A DNA stretch of 52,445 bases, the filler included, from Bipalium vagum (lineage: Eukaryota), in assembly GCA_037834085.1 (NCBI GenBank). It is 3 parts of 3 records of this genome, joined end to end, with 100 filler letters (N's around TTAATTAATTAA, not from the genome) between each part and the next. Parts side by side here need not be neighbours in the genome. Positions count along the whole stretch, not along the records: positions 31,979 to 52,445 come from JBBMKC010252636.1; 2 more parts are not named here. One strand, 5' to 3'. Below, in pieces: positions 38,410 to 50,924 of this stretch. Below the pieces are notes generated by a model, which ran no database searches, was not told the DNA's origin, and saw only the letters and a list, made by a program, of their open reading frames with translations. Each line of letters starts with the position of its first letter. The first letter of the stretch is position 1. Position numbers and translations under genes: made by a program.

Positions 38410-39900
38410 TTATTCAACTCAATAATTGCTTTTCTTATTTTGGTTAGCAGAAAACATTTTTTCTTTACCACAATTGTTACACATTTAGCTTCTAATGGTG
38501 ACTTAACGTATTTTAAACGGATAGCCATACTAAATGTTTACATTGCATCTTTTTAAAGAATCTCGGTAAATTACATGTACCATAAATCCATTTTCTTGAA
38601 CATCTTTCGGTAATTCAACCGCCAATATAGTAAACGCATTTAGTAAACCACAACATCATCTGCAAAGTCTTCAAAAGTTCTCCAACTTTCTGATTTTGAA
38701 CTTTAACCTAATGTTCACTATTCAGTATATCAAATTTAGACCTGACTCCAACTCTTAGGTGGTGCAAGTAATAACAATCAGTAAAGCAACAATTGTATTT
38801 ATATCACACAATCACAAAAGTACAGAAAGATAATCAAAAATCTGGGATCACAATTAATGTCCGAAATGTTTCACAAACCTTCCACTATCTTAGCAAAACA
38901 CTTTACAACCCAATAACAATAATTATAAAGAATGAATTAAATGTAATGTCTCAGCAATAATGTCTAATCAATTATAATTAAAGTTCAATTAAAACAAAAT
39001 ATTACTTGTACACTAAATTAATAATTACTTTACAAAAAATATAAAGTTAAAAGAAAATAGAAAGTTCTTACAATTTATCTTCTGTTAAAACTCCCGAGTT
39101 ATCGTCTGACCCCTAACGGTTGTTCACCGGTAACTCACTGATGGAGAATTTTAAGCATAGTCCTATAAAAATCTGAAAATACTTGAATATTAACAGCCAA
39201 TATCTTGGTCTTCTCGAACAAATACCTTTATCATCTCGATCAAATAATATCTTCCTCGAACAAATTTCGTTATCTTCTCGATCAAAAACCTTTATCTTCT
39301 TTAACAAAAATCTTAATATTATTTTGTACGTTCTCTGATGGGTGAAAATATGCTAGAATTCCTCTGCTTATATACTTTTTAGAACTGATCTTCATCTGGA
39401 GATTATTCTTGAAATAATCTCAAAATCATACTTACAAATCTAAAAAATTTATTAAAATTCTAAAATTCTATAAAAATTTTTTTCTGATGATCATTAATAT
39501 TTACTAAATACCTCTTTTGGACTTCTTTAAAAATATAAATTACTTTTGGAGGGTTGTTTTATTTCCTAGGTATTTTCAAAATAAAAATATCTGGGAATTT
39601 TTAATTGTTTTTCAAGTTTTAATTAAATTAAGTTATTAATATTATTATTATCATTAACAACTATACCCTTTTTATGATTTTCCTTGGTTATATTTCCCCA
39701 GGAGGGTGTCTTTGGTAAACCCATCACTAATATATAATTAGGGCTTACTAGGACATAATTTTAAATTGATCCAGAGTTATTCATTTTCGAGTTGTATGCT
39801 CATCTTTGATAACACAACGCATTGCTTCCATCGCATTATTAGTACTTGGGGCACACATCGCAGTACCATCGTATCAACTGTGATTTTTTTATTCATTCAT
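38410..39900 (-). mobile_element. Mutator-like (MULE) transposase C-terminal part with SWIM zinc finger, interrupted by an insertion
   Basis: Minus translation APSTNNAMEAMRCVIKDEHTTRK near 39790-39860, and WIYGTCNLPRFFKKMQCKHL..AIRLKYVKSPLEAK..RKAII near 38420-38590. Confidence 0.8.
38712..39659. mobile_element. Solo-LTR-like insertion (TGTT...AACA) inside the MULE
   Basis: Begins TGTTCAC and ends TTAACA; flanks cctaa/actat are only a partial TSD match. Internal ~20-bp tandem repeats at 39210-39310. The first ~250 bp recur at 40948-41190. Confidence 0.55.
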
Positions 39901-40675
39901 TTTTGAAATATCTGATGAAAATTGATTGTGACAAGCATTTATCTACAAACAGATTACATACTCTTTCAAATATTGATTCTGAATTACATAATTGTAGCAG
40001 GACAACAGTTATATCTCCAGCATATCCCGAATCTCAAAAAAATTCTTTGGCTGGATATGCTGTAGATATAAAATAAATTTTAAAAAAATGAAAAAAAGTA
40101 AAAAAAAATTTTAAAAAATAAGTAAGAAAATAGGAAAAATATATTAAAAAATAAGTAAAAAAATACGAAGCTTCGTGCAGTGAAAGTGCTAGAGCTGAAG
40201 GCTCGCTTCTTAAGAAACAGAGTCTCTAAATAAAAATCAAATTTTCTCTTCAATGGAGTGCAAATATTTAGACATTGAATGTCACCATGATTAAGCCATT
40301 CAAAAGCTTGATCGAGTGTAACTCTGTCAAAAAGACCAGAATTTGAGGCAGCACCAATTAAAGAAGAGATTGCAGTATCTTTGGAGTATACATGTACTTA
40401 ATGGAAGAATGACTTCCAAGACCAAGTATACTTCTCAAAAGACGTCGAATATTTGTTCCAATTTCATTGACTCCTTGCGTCATCTCATTGAACGTTATGT
40501 AATTATTCCGAAAAGCAAAAATCATTCGCGAATGAATAAAAGTGTGATAAGCATTCAACTTTTGCCATGGGTAAAGAATGCATTCGTAGCTGTTCGATAA
40601 TAACGATCGAGGTGGTGAATGAAGATTTTCACAAAAGTCATTGTTGACATGTGCATGGACTGCTCTGATCGCTGA

Positions 40676-40802
40676 GTTATGGACCTCCAAAGAACATGTT
40701 ATTAAAGCAATGAAACCTAATCGAAGAGCTTTGCGTAGTGGTAACGGTGGAAATGCAGAATTTGAAACAAAACTACACCGATGGGTCTTTAAGGAAAAAT
40801 AG
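40676..40802 (+). mobile_element. Short pogo-type CENP-B HTH fragment
   Basis: MKPNRRALRSGNGGNAEFETKLHRWVFKEK resembles RRA.RG.....PELE..L..WV.E.R. Confidence 0.55.
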
Positions 40803-40947
40803 CTTTAGTATCCCATCAAAAATGAAAAGAATATTTAAATAAAATACAATTAATTAATAATCAAATAATTTTATTTGACGAAGTACCTCAAAATTCAACT
40901 ATATAGAAATATAGAAATTTAAATAATATAAAATTTATTCATACTGC

Positions 40948-41190
40948 TGTTTACTATTTAGTGTATCAAATTTAGACCTGACTCCAACTCTTAGATAGTG
41001 CAAATAATAACAACCAGTAAAGCAACAATTGTATTTATATCACACAAACACAAAAATGCGAAAGATAATCAAGAGTCTGGAATCACAATTAATGTCTGAA
41101 ATGTTACACAAACATTATACTATCTTACACAAAATACACCACAACAATAATTATGAAGAATGAATTAAACGCAATTTCTAATCAAATACG
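40948..41190. repeat. Truncated second copy of the LTR-like sequence starting at 38712
   Basis: Shares TATCAAATTTAGACCTGACTCCAACTCTTAG and CAGTAAAGCAACAATTGTATTTATATCACACAA in direct orientation. Confidence 0.85.
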
Positions 41191-41987
41191 AATTTGATTA
41201 TTTATTATGTAGGAATATGAATATATTTTCAAATGATAATAAAAATAAAAATTATCCATGAATGAAATGTTCAAATTCATATAAATCAATTAATTTATTT
41301 AAAATAAAGAAAAATCATATATTGACTTTATTATAAAAAAAATAAATACATTTGTGATAAGACATTAGAAAATGTGAGAAATAGATAAAATATAAAAATA
41401 TGTACTAGTATAAATGAGTTTGAAAATCAAGCATCAATTTACTGAACATACAACCATTCATATGAAAAAGAACTATATAAAATTTGACAAGTTTAATATT
41501 TCTAAATAATCACATTCTGCTATCAAGTCTTGATGATAATAATAATTTTTATCCAATTTTAATGTCATCATTTTTCTATTAGAAAAATAACATTAAAAAT
41601 GTGGAAGGTGGAGTCTTCACTGTCAAATTTAAAACAACTTCAAAATTTAATTTTAATTCAATTAAAGCAATTATTTCACAAAAGTTGACATGATTGAAAA
41701 AATACTAGTATCAATGAAGCCAGAACAAATAGAACGGAATAAATTTCAACAAGAAAAAATATTTTTGAAGAATTACGCAAAAAACTAGTCTCTAAAAAAA
41801 TGGAATTATTTTATTGTCTTGTATGAAATTGCTACTAAAAATAAATCTCTTTATCGATCGACCATTATTATTGGCTAATAGACATTAATCTGTCCCAAAT
41901 CAATTATTAAGTCCCAATTTGGGCTGTTCTTATGAAAAATATTGTGCTTAAATGATCAAAATAGTTTGATTTTTGGTATTTATGCAG

Positions 41988-44900
41988 AACAAGGAAATAT
42001 TTCAGATGTTGTTGGACGGTGGACAGTCTACAGCGATCCCAGAACAAGTAACTATGTATATATTGAGAAACTATTGAAATCGTGTATTTAGAAAAGTGCA
42101 CGCAATTTAGCTATTCTGCATGGAAATTGTATGGAAAGTATAATTGAGAGAGATGTGTCAAAGATATCAATCTTTCAACAGAACAATGGAAATAAGATAT
42201 CAAATAAGAGACCAACAGAACCGAAAGGACATCCAGGTAAAGTCGATCAACAGTTTTCTTCAATAATATTTCCGAACTCAGGCAATTTACGGAATGTTGG
42301 GCACATGTTTTTTTCGGGACAATATTTCCAAATCCTTTTTGACAGTATTTTATTTTGTCAACAAAATTTTTCTTTTATGATTGGAATATTTTTTAATCAT
42401 GTCACCTTTGCCAGAGATCACAGCATGGTTACACTGATGGGTTAATCTCAAATGTTTCCGTATAATTCATAATTAAGATTGTAGATTTTATTGAACAGAA
42501 ATATTTTCCGTCAGTGGAAACCAATTTGAAATTCAAATTGACCCCGGTGTTTATCATTGTCATGGTTTTCGTGTTGTTTATATTCGGCTTTTTGAGTGGA
42601 CTCCTCATTTCATGGGAAGGAGGACTGACTGCAGCTTTAACAATATTATTTATCGTATTTTTTGGCATATGTAATTGGAAATCAATTTAATTTTTCTATT
42701 TATGTGATCAGAAATATTTTATTTTCAACAGTGTTCATATTGATTGGAACTTATTGTCATGATTGGAAAATTGCACAGAAAGCAGGATTTTCTCTTTCTA
42801 AGTCAATAGTAACTTTTCAGTTATGGTTAAAATTACTATTTCTTAATCCTTCTCAGAGTAGTGAGAAAAATATTGGTCAACCAAAGTACTTGAAATACTA
42901 TATCGATATTTAGTTTCGTATTAACTATTTTTCAGATTTTTATCAACTCATTTAATATTAAATGATTATTCAAGTAGTACTTATACTGGAGCTAAATTAA
43001 TAGAAAATATATGGAAATCTGTTGAAAAACATTACAGCTCATTTTTCATTCGCTATCATAAAGCCTTATTAAATCAAGGTGAAAATGTTAATTTGTTTGT
43101 TTTAATAAGTCAATAATTCAGATTATGGAAAAGGAAAATTCAAAAGAATTTGTTGCTTACCATTATTTGTTTATTTTATTGTGGCATTGATCTGTTTATT
43201 GATCATTTTAATAATATTAAAAATTCATCAATTAAGAATTTTAGCAGTCTTCGAAAATAAATCTACTCTAATTGGATTTTGTTTCTTTCTTATTATTTTT
43301 TTATTTTGTATCCTTATTTTCCTCTACGTTTTACTGAAGCCTATTCGTTCTGCAATCCGCAGTCCTTCATATGAAATAAAAGAATTCTTAAAGTCTTGCC
43401 ATGTCTTTGATCATATTTCAACCCAAACATTCATCATGTCCGAACTTAATAATGTTCTTCACTTTTTGTCAACAGTGGACAATTATGAAAGTATTCATGG
43501 GCGATGTGTTGTTGTTTTTGTTGATGTAACCCAGGTAACTGATCTCTGTGTTTTGATTGAATTTTGCTCATTTTATCAAATTTTCATCAAAAACAAAAAC
43601 GAAGTTCAGATTTGTTTCCTTTTCTTTATTGATCATCAATTATATGAGAGGATTAAATTAACCGAAGATATGAAGAGCTTTATTAAGTTCTCTAAATTGT
43701 TTTCATTCTGTTTATATTTTAATGAGTCCGGCGACTTTGGAGACTTTCATACAAAAGTTTGGTTGTTTTCCTATTAGTGTTCGTTCAATACTTTACTAAA
43801 GGTTATAAATCCATACGATATTCGTTATAGTAGGAACAATGCTGATGGTACAATACTGGCTTTTGATCTAAGGACCACGAAGAATATAGAAAACAAAATT
43901 GAGAAAAAAGATGATTTTCAAGAGATAACTATTCAAACAATATCGGAATTTTTACTCACAAAATCCAATCTGAGTGAGTTTAATCAACCGTGTGTCAACG
44001 ATCTGATTATAGCATCAGTTTTTTCATGTAAGTTTGAATAACCATAATTTATAAATTGATTGAAAATATTTTCAAAATTAATCGATATATTTTGAAGGTT
44101 AAATAATGGTTCAATATACAGTGTTCTTCAGATAAATAAATCTTTTCTTAAGGCAAATCGGATGTCATTCGAGACATCTGTGTTTTTTGTTATAAATGAT
44201 TAATTTAATCTCAACCTAATATTAATTTTTAGCTGTACTTTTGTAGCTATATAGTGTTTAATTTCAACGAAAGTGGTCGCTTTGCTAATTTAAAAACCAC
44301 TCTGAGACTGGATTCTAAAAAAAATTTATAGCATAAGAAATATTAAATTAATCTTGACAAGAGATCAGCAGTGATATCAAAGTTCAACAGAAAAATCATT
44401 TCATATTTGAACTATTAGAAAAATTAAATAAAAGAAATTTCATAATATTATAATCATAGTAGATAATTTCACAATTCTTTTTCTCCTCTACTCAATCCTA
44501 TTGACATATTTTCTAAATGGATAAACATTATTAAATCATGCAAACCAAATACTGTTATTGAACTGGAAAATTCTATAAACAATGCTCATACCAAAATAAC
44601 GAAGGATGATTGTGTAGGGTATTTTACCTATAGAAGAGAAATCGTACTCGAGGTAGTTAGACGAGAAGATTTTTAACTGATTGTATTACGTCGTCTCATA
44701 AGTCTTTATGGAAAAGATGTATAGAACAAAAATTAATTTTATGAAAACACAAGAATATTTTTATTCGATAATATAATGCATACCGTTATTAATTATTTTG
44801 TCAAACGTTCAGCAAAAGTTTAATGCCATGCTTTAAGAACTTCTGGTCCTTTACGGTGAAATGCACAATAATGGCAATTTTGACAGCTCATTTACTATTG

Positions 44901-47900
44901 AATTCTTTTCTCTTTAAGAAGGGGTGTAATGAACAAAAAAAATAATCTTTTGGACCCATATCTGGACTTATATGGTGGTGAGGAAGAATGCACCAGCCAA
45001 ACTCTTTTAGTTTCTCCCTGATAATTTTTTATATGTACGGTTTTGTATTATCTTGATGAAGATAAACAGCAGAGATGGTCTGGTAAGTTTCAATTTATCA
45101 CGAAGTTCACTTAATGCCAACAGTAGACCTCACTAGTGATGGTTTCACCCATATTCAGGAGCTCCATATTTATTATTCCCTTCATATCCAACCACACATG
45201 GAGAACTTTTTTCGGATGAAGACCTGGTTTAGACGTTAAGATTGGTTCTTCACCAGAACCAAACCACTGCTTTTTACGCTCACCCATTTTTCATCACAGC
45301 ATACAACACTTTCCAGAAATAGGTCTAGATCATGGCTAGTGAGCAAAGACATGCAAACTGTCACCCGATTCAAAAGTTGCTGTTCATCTAGAGCATTTGA
45401 AATTCATTTTCCGCATTTAAAAGTTTTCCCATTTGAATTTGACAGTTCAATTCATTGAATGCTATTAAAACGTGAATATTATCAGTGAATAATTTTTCAG
45501 TTGTCCGACCGAAGGAGAAAGGTAATTCAAAAAAAAATAACACGCTTAATAGGTGTTAAGTGTTTTGTACTTGTCACTGAGAACTTGTTTGACAAACTCC
45601 GGCAGACTTTCCGAATGACCTGATATCATATATTTTTAAAATTAAAGTTATAAAGATTCGCTGATATTCTACCAACTTCCGCTTTCCTCCTGCAAGGGTT
45701 TCGTTTTTAGTATTATGTTACATAAAATTCAGAAGTAAAAATATTTTGAATAAAATTTAGCGCATTAATTTAAAAATAAAATATGTGACAGATTTTTTGA
45801 GAATTTCGTTTAGATATTTTGAATTTTTTCCAATGTGTTTTTATTAATATTTTCCAAATTATTTACATAAAAAATCAATATTGAAATCAAATGTCATTTC
45901 AGTCATATACACATTTTTATAAAAACTTTTTTTAGTCATTTCCATTTTGTAATTCTATTTAACTCATACATTTTTCAAATAAAGTGGAATTTTGAGACAC
46001 TCTTTGACAAAGGAATAATATATATGTATGTACTATTACTTATTTTTATCACTGCCATTTAAAATTCTTCAAATATTAAAGACGATATAAGACGGATCAC
46101 ACGATTAATCTATCACTGCGATCTTTTACAGTTTAGTGTCATTTAAACAAAATAAATTCTGTAGTTAAATGCTTAATTATGAAATATCGTGATAATCCAT
46201 ATCACAATTATTTTCAGCACATCACAATTTTATTAATCGCGCTTATCTTTTTAAATTGGTACTGTTACAAAATTATATTTAATTAACTTATGATAAAAAA
46301 TTATTCAGTTATTTCAAATTAATTTGAATTCGATCTTTAATGGAAAGATTAAAAAGGTTTCTTGAAAGGCAGAATTATTTTTGTTATGGAAGTTCCAAGA
46401 GAAGTTAAAAATAATGCAACCGATACAAATGTTTGAATATTCAAAGGAACGTGTTATAAAACAGGGGACATTTATTCAAAAATCCTCGTCTTTAGAAAAA
46501 TAAATTTTCTAAATTGAATATGTAGCGAAGATTTTCAAAATCAATCGATTTGGCATCTGTAATTTTACTCAAATCTTTCTCTATATCATAATTGAGATTA
46601 TTTTTAGAATAAATTCCACCAAAAGTGGTTTTGTTTAAAATATCTATTTTAATCATTATAAATAAACGAATATACAAAAATTTATAATTTTTAAAAAACT
46701 TTTATAAAAATTCGTTAATTAGTAAGAACTCTAATAATTTTTATATTATAAAAATGATTTATTTAATGTGATGATTCCAAAATTATATATATATATATAC
46801 CATTAAATATATATACCAGTTGAATCAACTTGTCAATCGTGCAAGATCAAAATGAATCTTCAGTTAAATCAAATGAGATTTAGATGTGGTCGTAAATCTT
46901 GCAGTAATCAAAACAAATAAAAAATATACCTTTTTCGATAACCACAACATTAAATTTCATGAAATCCTATACATTGCATACCTATGGCTTACAAAAGCCC
47001 CAATATCATCAATAATGACAATCACTGGCTGCAGCACTGCAATGTACGCTTATAAAAATGTTTCGAGTAATCTTTCATTTCATGATATAATCGGAGCTTA
47101 AAATATCATCGTGGAAATTGATGAGGCGAAACTGAGTTATCATCGTGGTCATGTTGTAGATGGAGCTTTGGTTATTGGTGGAATCGAACGTACTGACGAA
47201 AAGAAATTATTGATTATAGAAATAAAAGACCGTTCTGCTAATACGTTATCCAAAATCATCTCAGATCATGTTAAACCAGGCTCAATAATATATACAGACA
47301 TGGGAAAAGGTTACAACAATTTAAAAACTATAGGATATCAACAAGGTACAGTAAATCATCATAAAGAATTCATAAATGAAATAACGGGAGTCTTTACTAA
47401 CACAACAGAAGGTACCTGGAATGGCCTCAAAGTTCAAATAAAGCAAGAAATAGGACCAAAGACATAATACAAGACCATCTCTCAGAATTTATATGGAGAC
47501 GAATAAATAAAAAACACATTTGAGAGTCATTTCTTATTGCTATAGGATCCACAAATGCTAATGTTGTTTAATAAATATTATTATATCATTCTTTGATTTA
47601 TTATTAATTGTACAATCATTATATTCGGCCATAAAGAGGGCCACTTAATGTATAATATAAGAATATAATATAATATAATTAAATAAAAATGATATATTTA
47701 AGCAAAACTACCTGACCTATAGTGGCATTTATACTAAAAATTAACCAATAATTGATATTTACTTTTCCAACATTAATATCACACCATTGGATTTTTAATT
47801 CTATTTCTTAATATATCTGATTTGATTTAATTGACCTTCACAAAACCCATGGTATCCACTAAGAAAACCAATCTAAAACCCACAAATGATCCAATAGCAT

Positions 47901-49171
47901 GAGTTTTTTGAGACCGATGATGAGTCTCCTAAAGTCACAGCAGATGGTCATCAATAGTATATGTGTATAAGAAGGTGTCGTTAGTCTTATATTTATCTGA
48001 TAATAAATAATATTGTTATATGGGTGAAAGTAATATTTAATAATACAATAATCTTTCTGAACAAAAGATATTAAAATCGAATTATAATTATGCAGTATGT
48101 AATATAATTATAACTATAAGTAATATTACAAAAAAATATTAAATTATTTATAATTAATATTTTAAAATTAATTTTAATTTTAAAATTGTAAGATTTAAAA
48201 GTGATTTTTTGTTTTAACTTACTAAAAATAAAGAAGTATGTTTACAATAATTATTTATTGTAACCAAAATAAGTACTTTTAATGATTTTGAACAAAATAA
48301 GTTAACTAAATTAATAACGTACTATCGCTTGTTACTAAATTTATTTGGTTTTTATAATTAGAAAGAATCAGTTAAAAAAGAAGTTTTAAAATTAGTGAGA
48401 AATTATTTTAACCAATCAGAATGTTCAATTCGTGAAATTTGATAGTGCGATTTAAGTTTAATTTTTTTTACTAACGACCTCAAGTGAATACGTTTGATAA
48501 TAATTGAGCTTTTAAGAGCAGTTTCAGAGTGACAATAAAGTACACAAGTTTTAAATACCATAACAAATTTCTTTCTATTTTGAGTAATTAATTAATACAA
48601 AATATCCTGAAACATTTTCTAATTATTTAATATTAATCACTGTCGAAGATTCTTAAGATTTTTAAAATTAGTAGCTATTAAATTATATTCAAAAACCTTA
48701 AAACGTGACCAAAGTCACATTATTTCATTAGTTTAATTTAATATTAACTGTGCTCTATTATCGATATTAAGAAGTATAAATTATTGTCTTGATGAATTAT
48801 TGTTTTAGATAACTTGTCAAAATTGAACGAAATTGCAGATATCTTTTTATTAATGGATTTGGTAGCATTCTTTTACCACTGGCCTTTCCTTTCAACATGG
48901 GTAACTTTATTCCTACTGAAAAATATGCTCTCTTTTGAAACATCTTTGACTTTACTAAACTTTTACGAAGACATTATGGAAGAATTAGTGCAAACGAAAA
49001 ACATTACACAAGAACGAATGTTTTTAGAATTATCACAATGTGATTTAGACGTCTGCATTTTAAAATCTTTGTTGATTAACAATGGTATTGGGCGATTGAA
49101 AATTGAAAAGTTTCTTGTCTTAAGTCAATATTATCATTTGCAAAACGTTCCAGTACAGCATTTTCTAAGAG
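41988..49171 (+). CDS. kidins220-like: Kidins220/ARMS-like KAP-family P-loop domain protein with 4 TM helices. Exons: 41988-42047, 42092-42440, 42485-42670, 42732-42885, 42936-43078, 43122-43756, 43802-44027, 48809-49171 (5' and 3' ends unresolved)
   Basis: All seven introns are GT-AG (44, 44, 61, 50, 43, 45, 4781 bp) and join into one stop-free frame of 2116 nt. Colinear motif matches to recalled Kidins220: LWLKLLFLNP~LLLKLMFVNP; GKGKFKRICCLPLFV~GKKKWKKTCCLPSFV; TVDNYESIHGRCVVVFVD~TIDSFTQNQTRLVVIID; HWPFLSTWVTLFL~QWPYRTSWLILYL; TLLNFYEDI~TLKTIYERI. Confidence 0.85.
43122..43756 (+). CDS. Largest exon of the Kidins220-like gene (TM3-TM4 and Walker B region)
   Basis: Acceptor aattcag|AT and donor AAA|gtttgg; overlaps most of ORF-track 43181-43777. 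Confidence 0.85.
44300..44680 (+). mobile_element. IS630/Tc1-like transposase 3' fragment (intronic)
   Basis: IIIVDNF..; SPLLNPID.FSKW (about SP.LNPIE..FSKW); ITKDDCVGYF. Confidence 0.7.
44686..45623 (-). mobile_element. Decayed mariner (intronic)
   Basis: Minus translation FLESVVCCDEK.., RKKQWFGSGE, VLHVWLDMKGII..ELL..GETI, PPY. TIR actttccgaatgacctga+TA. Confidence 0.75.
46800..47570 (+). mobile_element. Merlin (IS1016/IS1595-related) transposase pseudogene (intronic)
   Basis: VEIDEAK..YHRGH.VDG.LVIGGIER, DRSANTL, VKPGSIIYTD.GKGY, VNH..EF, TNTTEGTW, HLSEFIWRR; has a stop and frameshifts. Confidence 0.9.
48809..49171 (+). CDS. Distal exon of the Kidins220-like gene (post-NTPase helical region)
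   Basis: Phase-1 acceptor tgttttag|AT matches the phase-1 donor T|gtaagt at 44027/44028; putative donor G|gtaata at 49172. Otherwise it reads through to the stop at 49248. Confidence 0.8.
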
Positions 49172-50059
49172 GTAATATAGTTTCACCACACCAGCCTTAC
49201 ATATTCACCATCGAATTACAGATTTGGGCTCAACAAATAATATTTTGAAACGTTAGTTCCATTAATCAATGGTAAAGGGATTTTTTGATTGCTATTTATA
49301 ACGGTTAATGGCAATAACTAAATTTCAATTGGTTATATATTTTTATGAAAGTGAAAGTTGAGTTAAAGAATGATTTCATATTTTTACGCTCATTTATTTT
49401 GTTTTAATAATTATAAAAATCTTACGATAATGAGGGTACGGTCGTGATTTTAAATTTTAATCAAAAAATCTAAATCCAGAAATTCGATTTTCAAAGGGTT
49501 ATTCTTTCATTATTGATGAAAGTTCTTTTAAAATGACTTATGATTGATTAAACCCAAGATTCAAAAAACGACATTTCATATTGAACAACCAATTAATTTG
49601 GAAGAATAATTTGAATCAATAACACAAAATCCGATTTTTTAATGATATTTGTTTTAGAAATTTTATTTAAAAATGAGAAAAAATATAAACAGAAACAAAA
49701 TTTAAATATTTTATAATTCGACGACAGTTTTGTATCTTGAGTTATTTTGCTGAATCCTTAAATTTTGGTTTAATTATTTGCTCTCCAATTTTTAAGTTAC
49801 TGGATTTATAAGGCGCCCACATTTTAATCTATTCAATTGAACTAAACAAATAATATCACTTGAATTAATGTCATTTTTATTTAGAAATAACTTTAATTTA
49901 GAAAATATGTAGACAAGCTTTTTGCAAAACTGATTTTGATTTTAATTTTGCCTATTTTGTTTCAATACATTTGACAAGTATCAAAGTATGTGACCTTTTA
50001 AACTAGATGAAATGATACAAGACAGAATCCATAAATCATCATCATCATCCAAATTTACA

Positions 50060-50800
50060 CTTATGAATTGAACATAGTATTGTTGGAGTTTTAAGAGATT
50101 ATGTTCCTTACTAATTAGCTTGTTATTTAAATCTAATTGAAAGGTAACAAAAGATGAACGGGTGGGTGCTACACCAGTTGAGTGAAAAACAAAGAAATCA
50201 CCGTTTTGAAGTTGCATCTTCATTGCTTTTAAGCAACAGCAGTGATCTATTTCTCCACCGAATTCTGGGTGGATGAGAAATGGATTCTATAGGACAATTG
50301 ATGGGGTTCGACACAGTGGTTGGACCATGACGAAGTTCCTAGGCACTATAAAAAATCAATTTTGCACCAAAATATGTTATGTTATAGCTTAGTAATTATA
50401 ATAAGAAAGTTATGCTTTATATTTGGTGGGATATAGAAGGTCTTGTGTACCAGGAACTTTTGAAACCGATAGAAACGGTTTTGGTGGAGCGATATCAACA
50501 TCAGCTAAAAAGATTAACTGATAAATTTATTAAAACAAGATCTGGCAATTAATATAAAGTCGTTCTTTTGTATTAAAAAGCATTTGTATTTCAAGACATG
50601 ACTCAAACAGATTTTTATCTATTCATGCCAATCGCATATTCTCTGGAAGGTTTGCGATTCAATTCATACTAAGATGTTCAAAATATGGTGCCAAATTGGA
50701 TTCATTCCATTGAAAAATCATTTTATGATTGTGTTATATCCATGTTACCAGGTTTATTGGAGAAAATAATTTTTTTAATGATGGAAAATACTTTGATTGT
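50060..50800 (+). mobile_element. Two adjacent mariner fragments (cecropia-like, then mauritiana-like)
   Basis: WVLHQLSEKQRNHRFEVASSLLL...DEKWIL, then KVMLYIWWDIEGLVYQELLKPIETV..ERYQHQL. Confidence 0.75.
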
Positions 50801-50924
50801 AATGCGTCTATTTGTCATAAAATAAATATTCAAAGTTATTTAAAAATTTTAAATTAATGCACCCTTTTAATAAATATTTACAAAACCGGTGATATTCATT
50901 TTTCTGTTTTTTTTACTTTTATTA

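Noticed and set aside
38712-41190. Full LTR retrotransposon bounded by the two direct repeats
   Set aside because: The interval holds MULE and pogo fragments with no gag/pol, and the second repeat is truncated and diverged.
41960-42000. IFGIYAEQGN as the KAP Walker A motif
   Set aside because: It lacks GK[ST], lies partly in a predicted intron and a different frame, and is upstream of the colinear Walker A position (about 42378-42425).
41900-44030. Alternative genetic code, mitochondrial insertion or viral glycoprotein pseudogene, suggested by frequent stops in a coding-like region
   Set aside because: From 41988 onward the stops fall inside short GT-AG introns or in other frames, and the standard code gives a continuous Kidins220-like frame.
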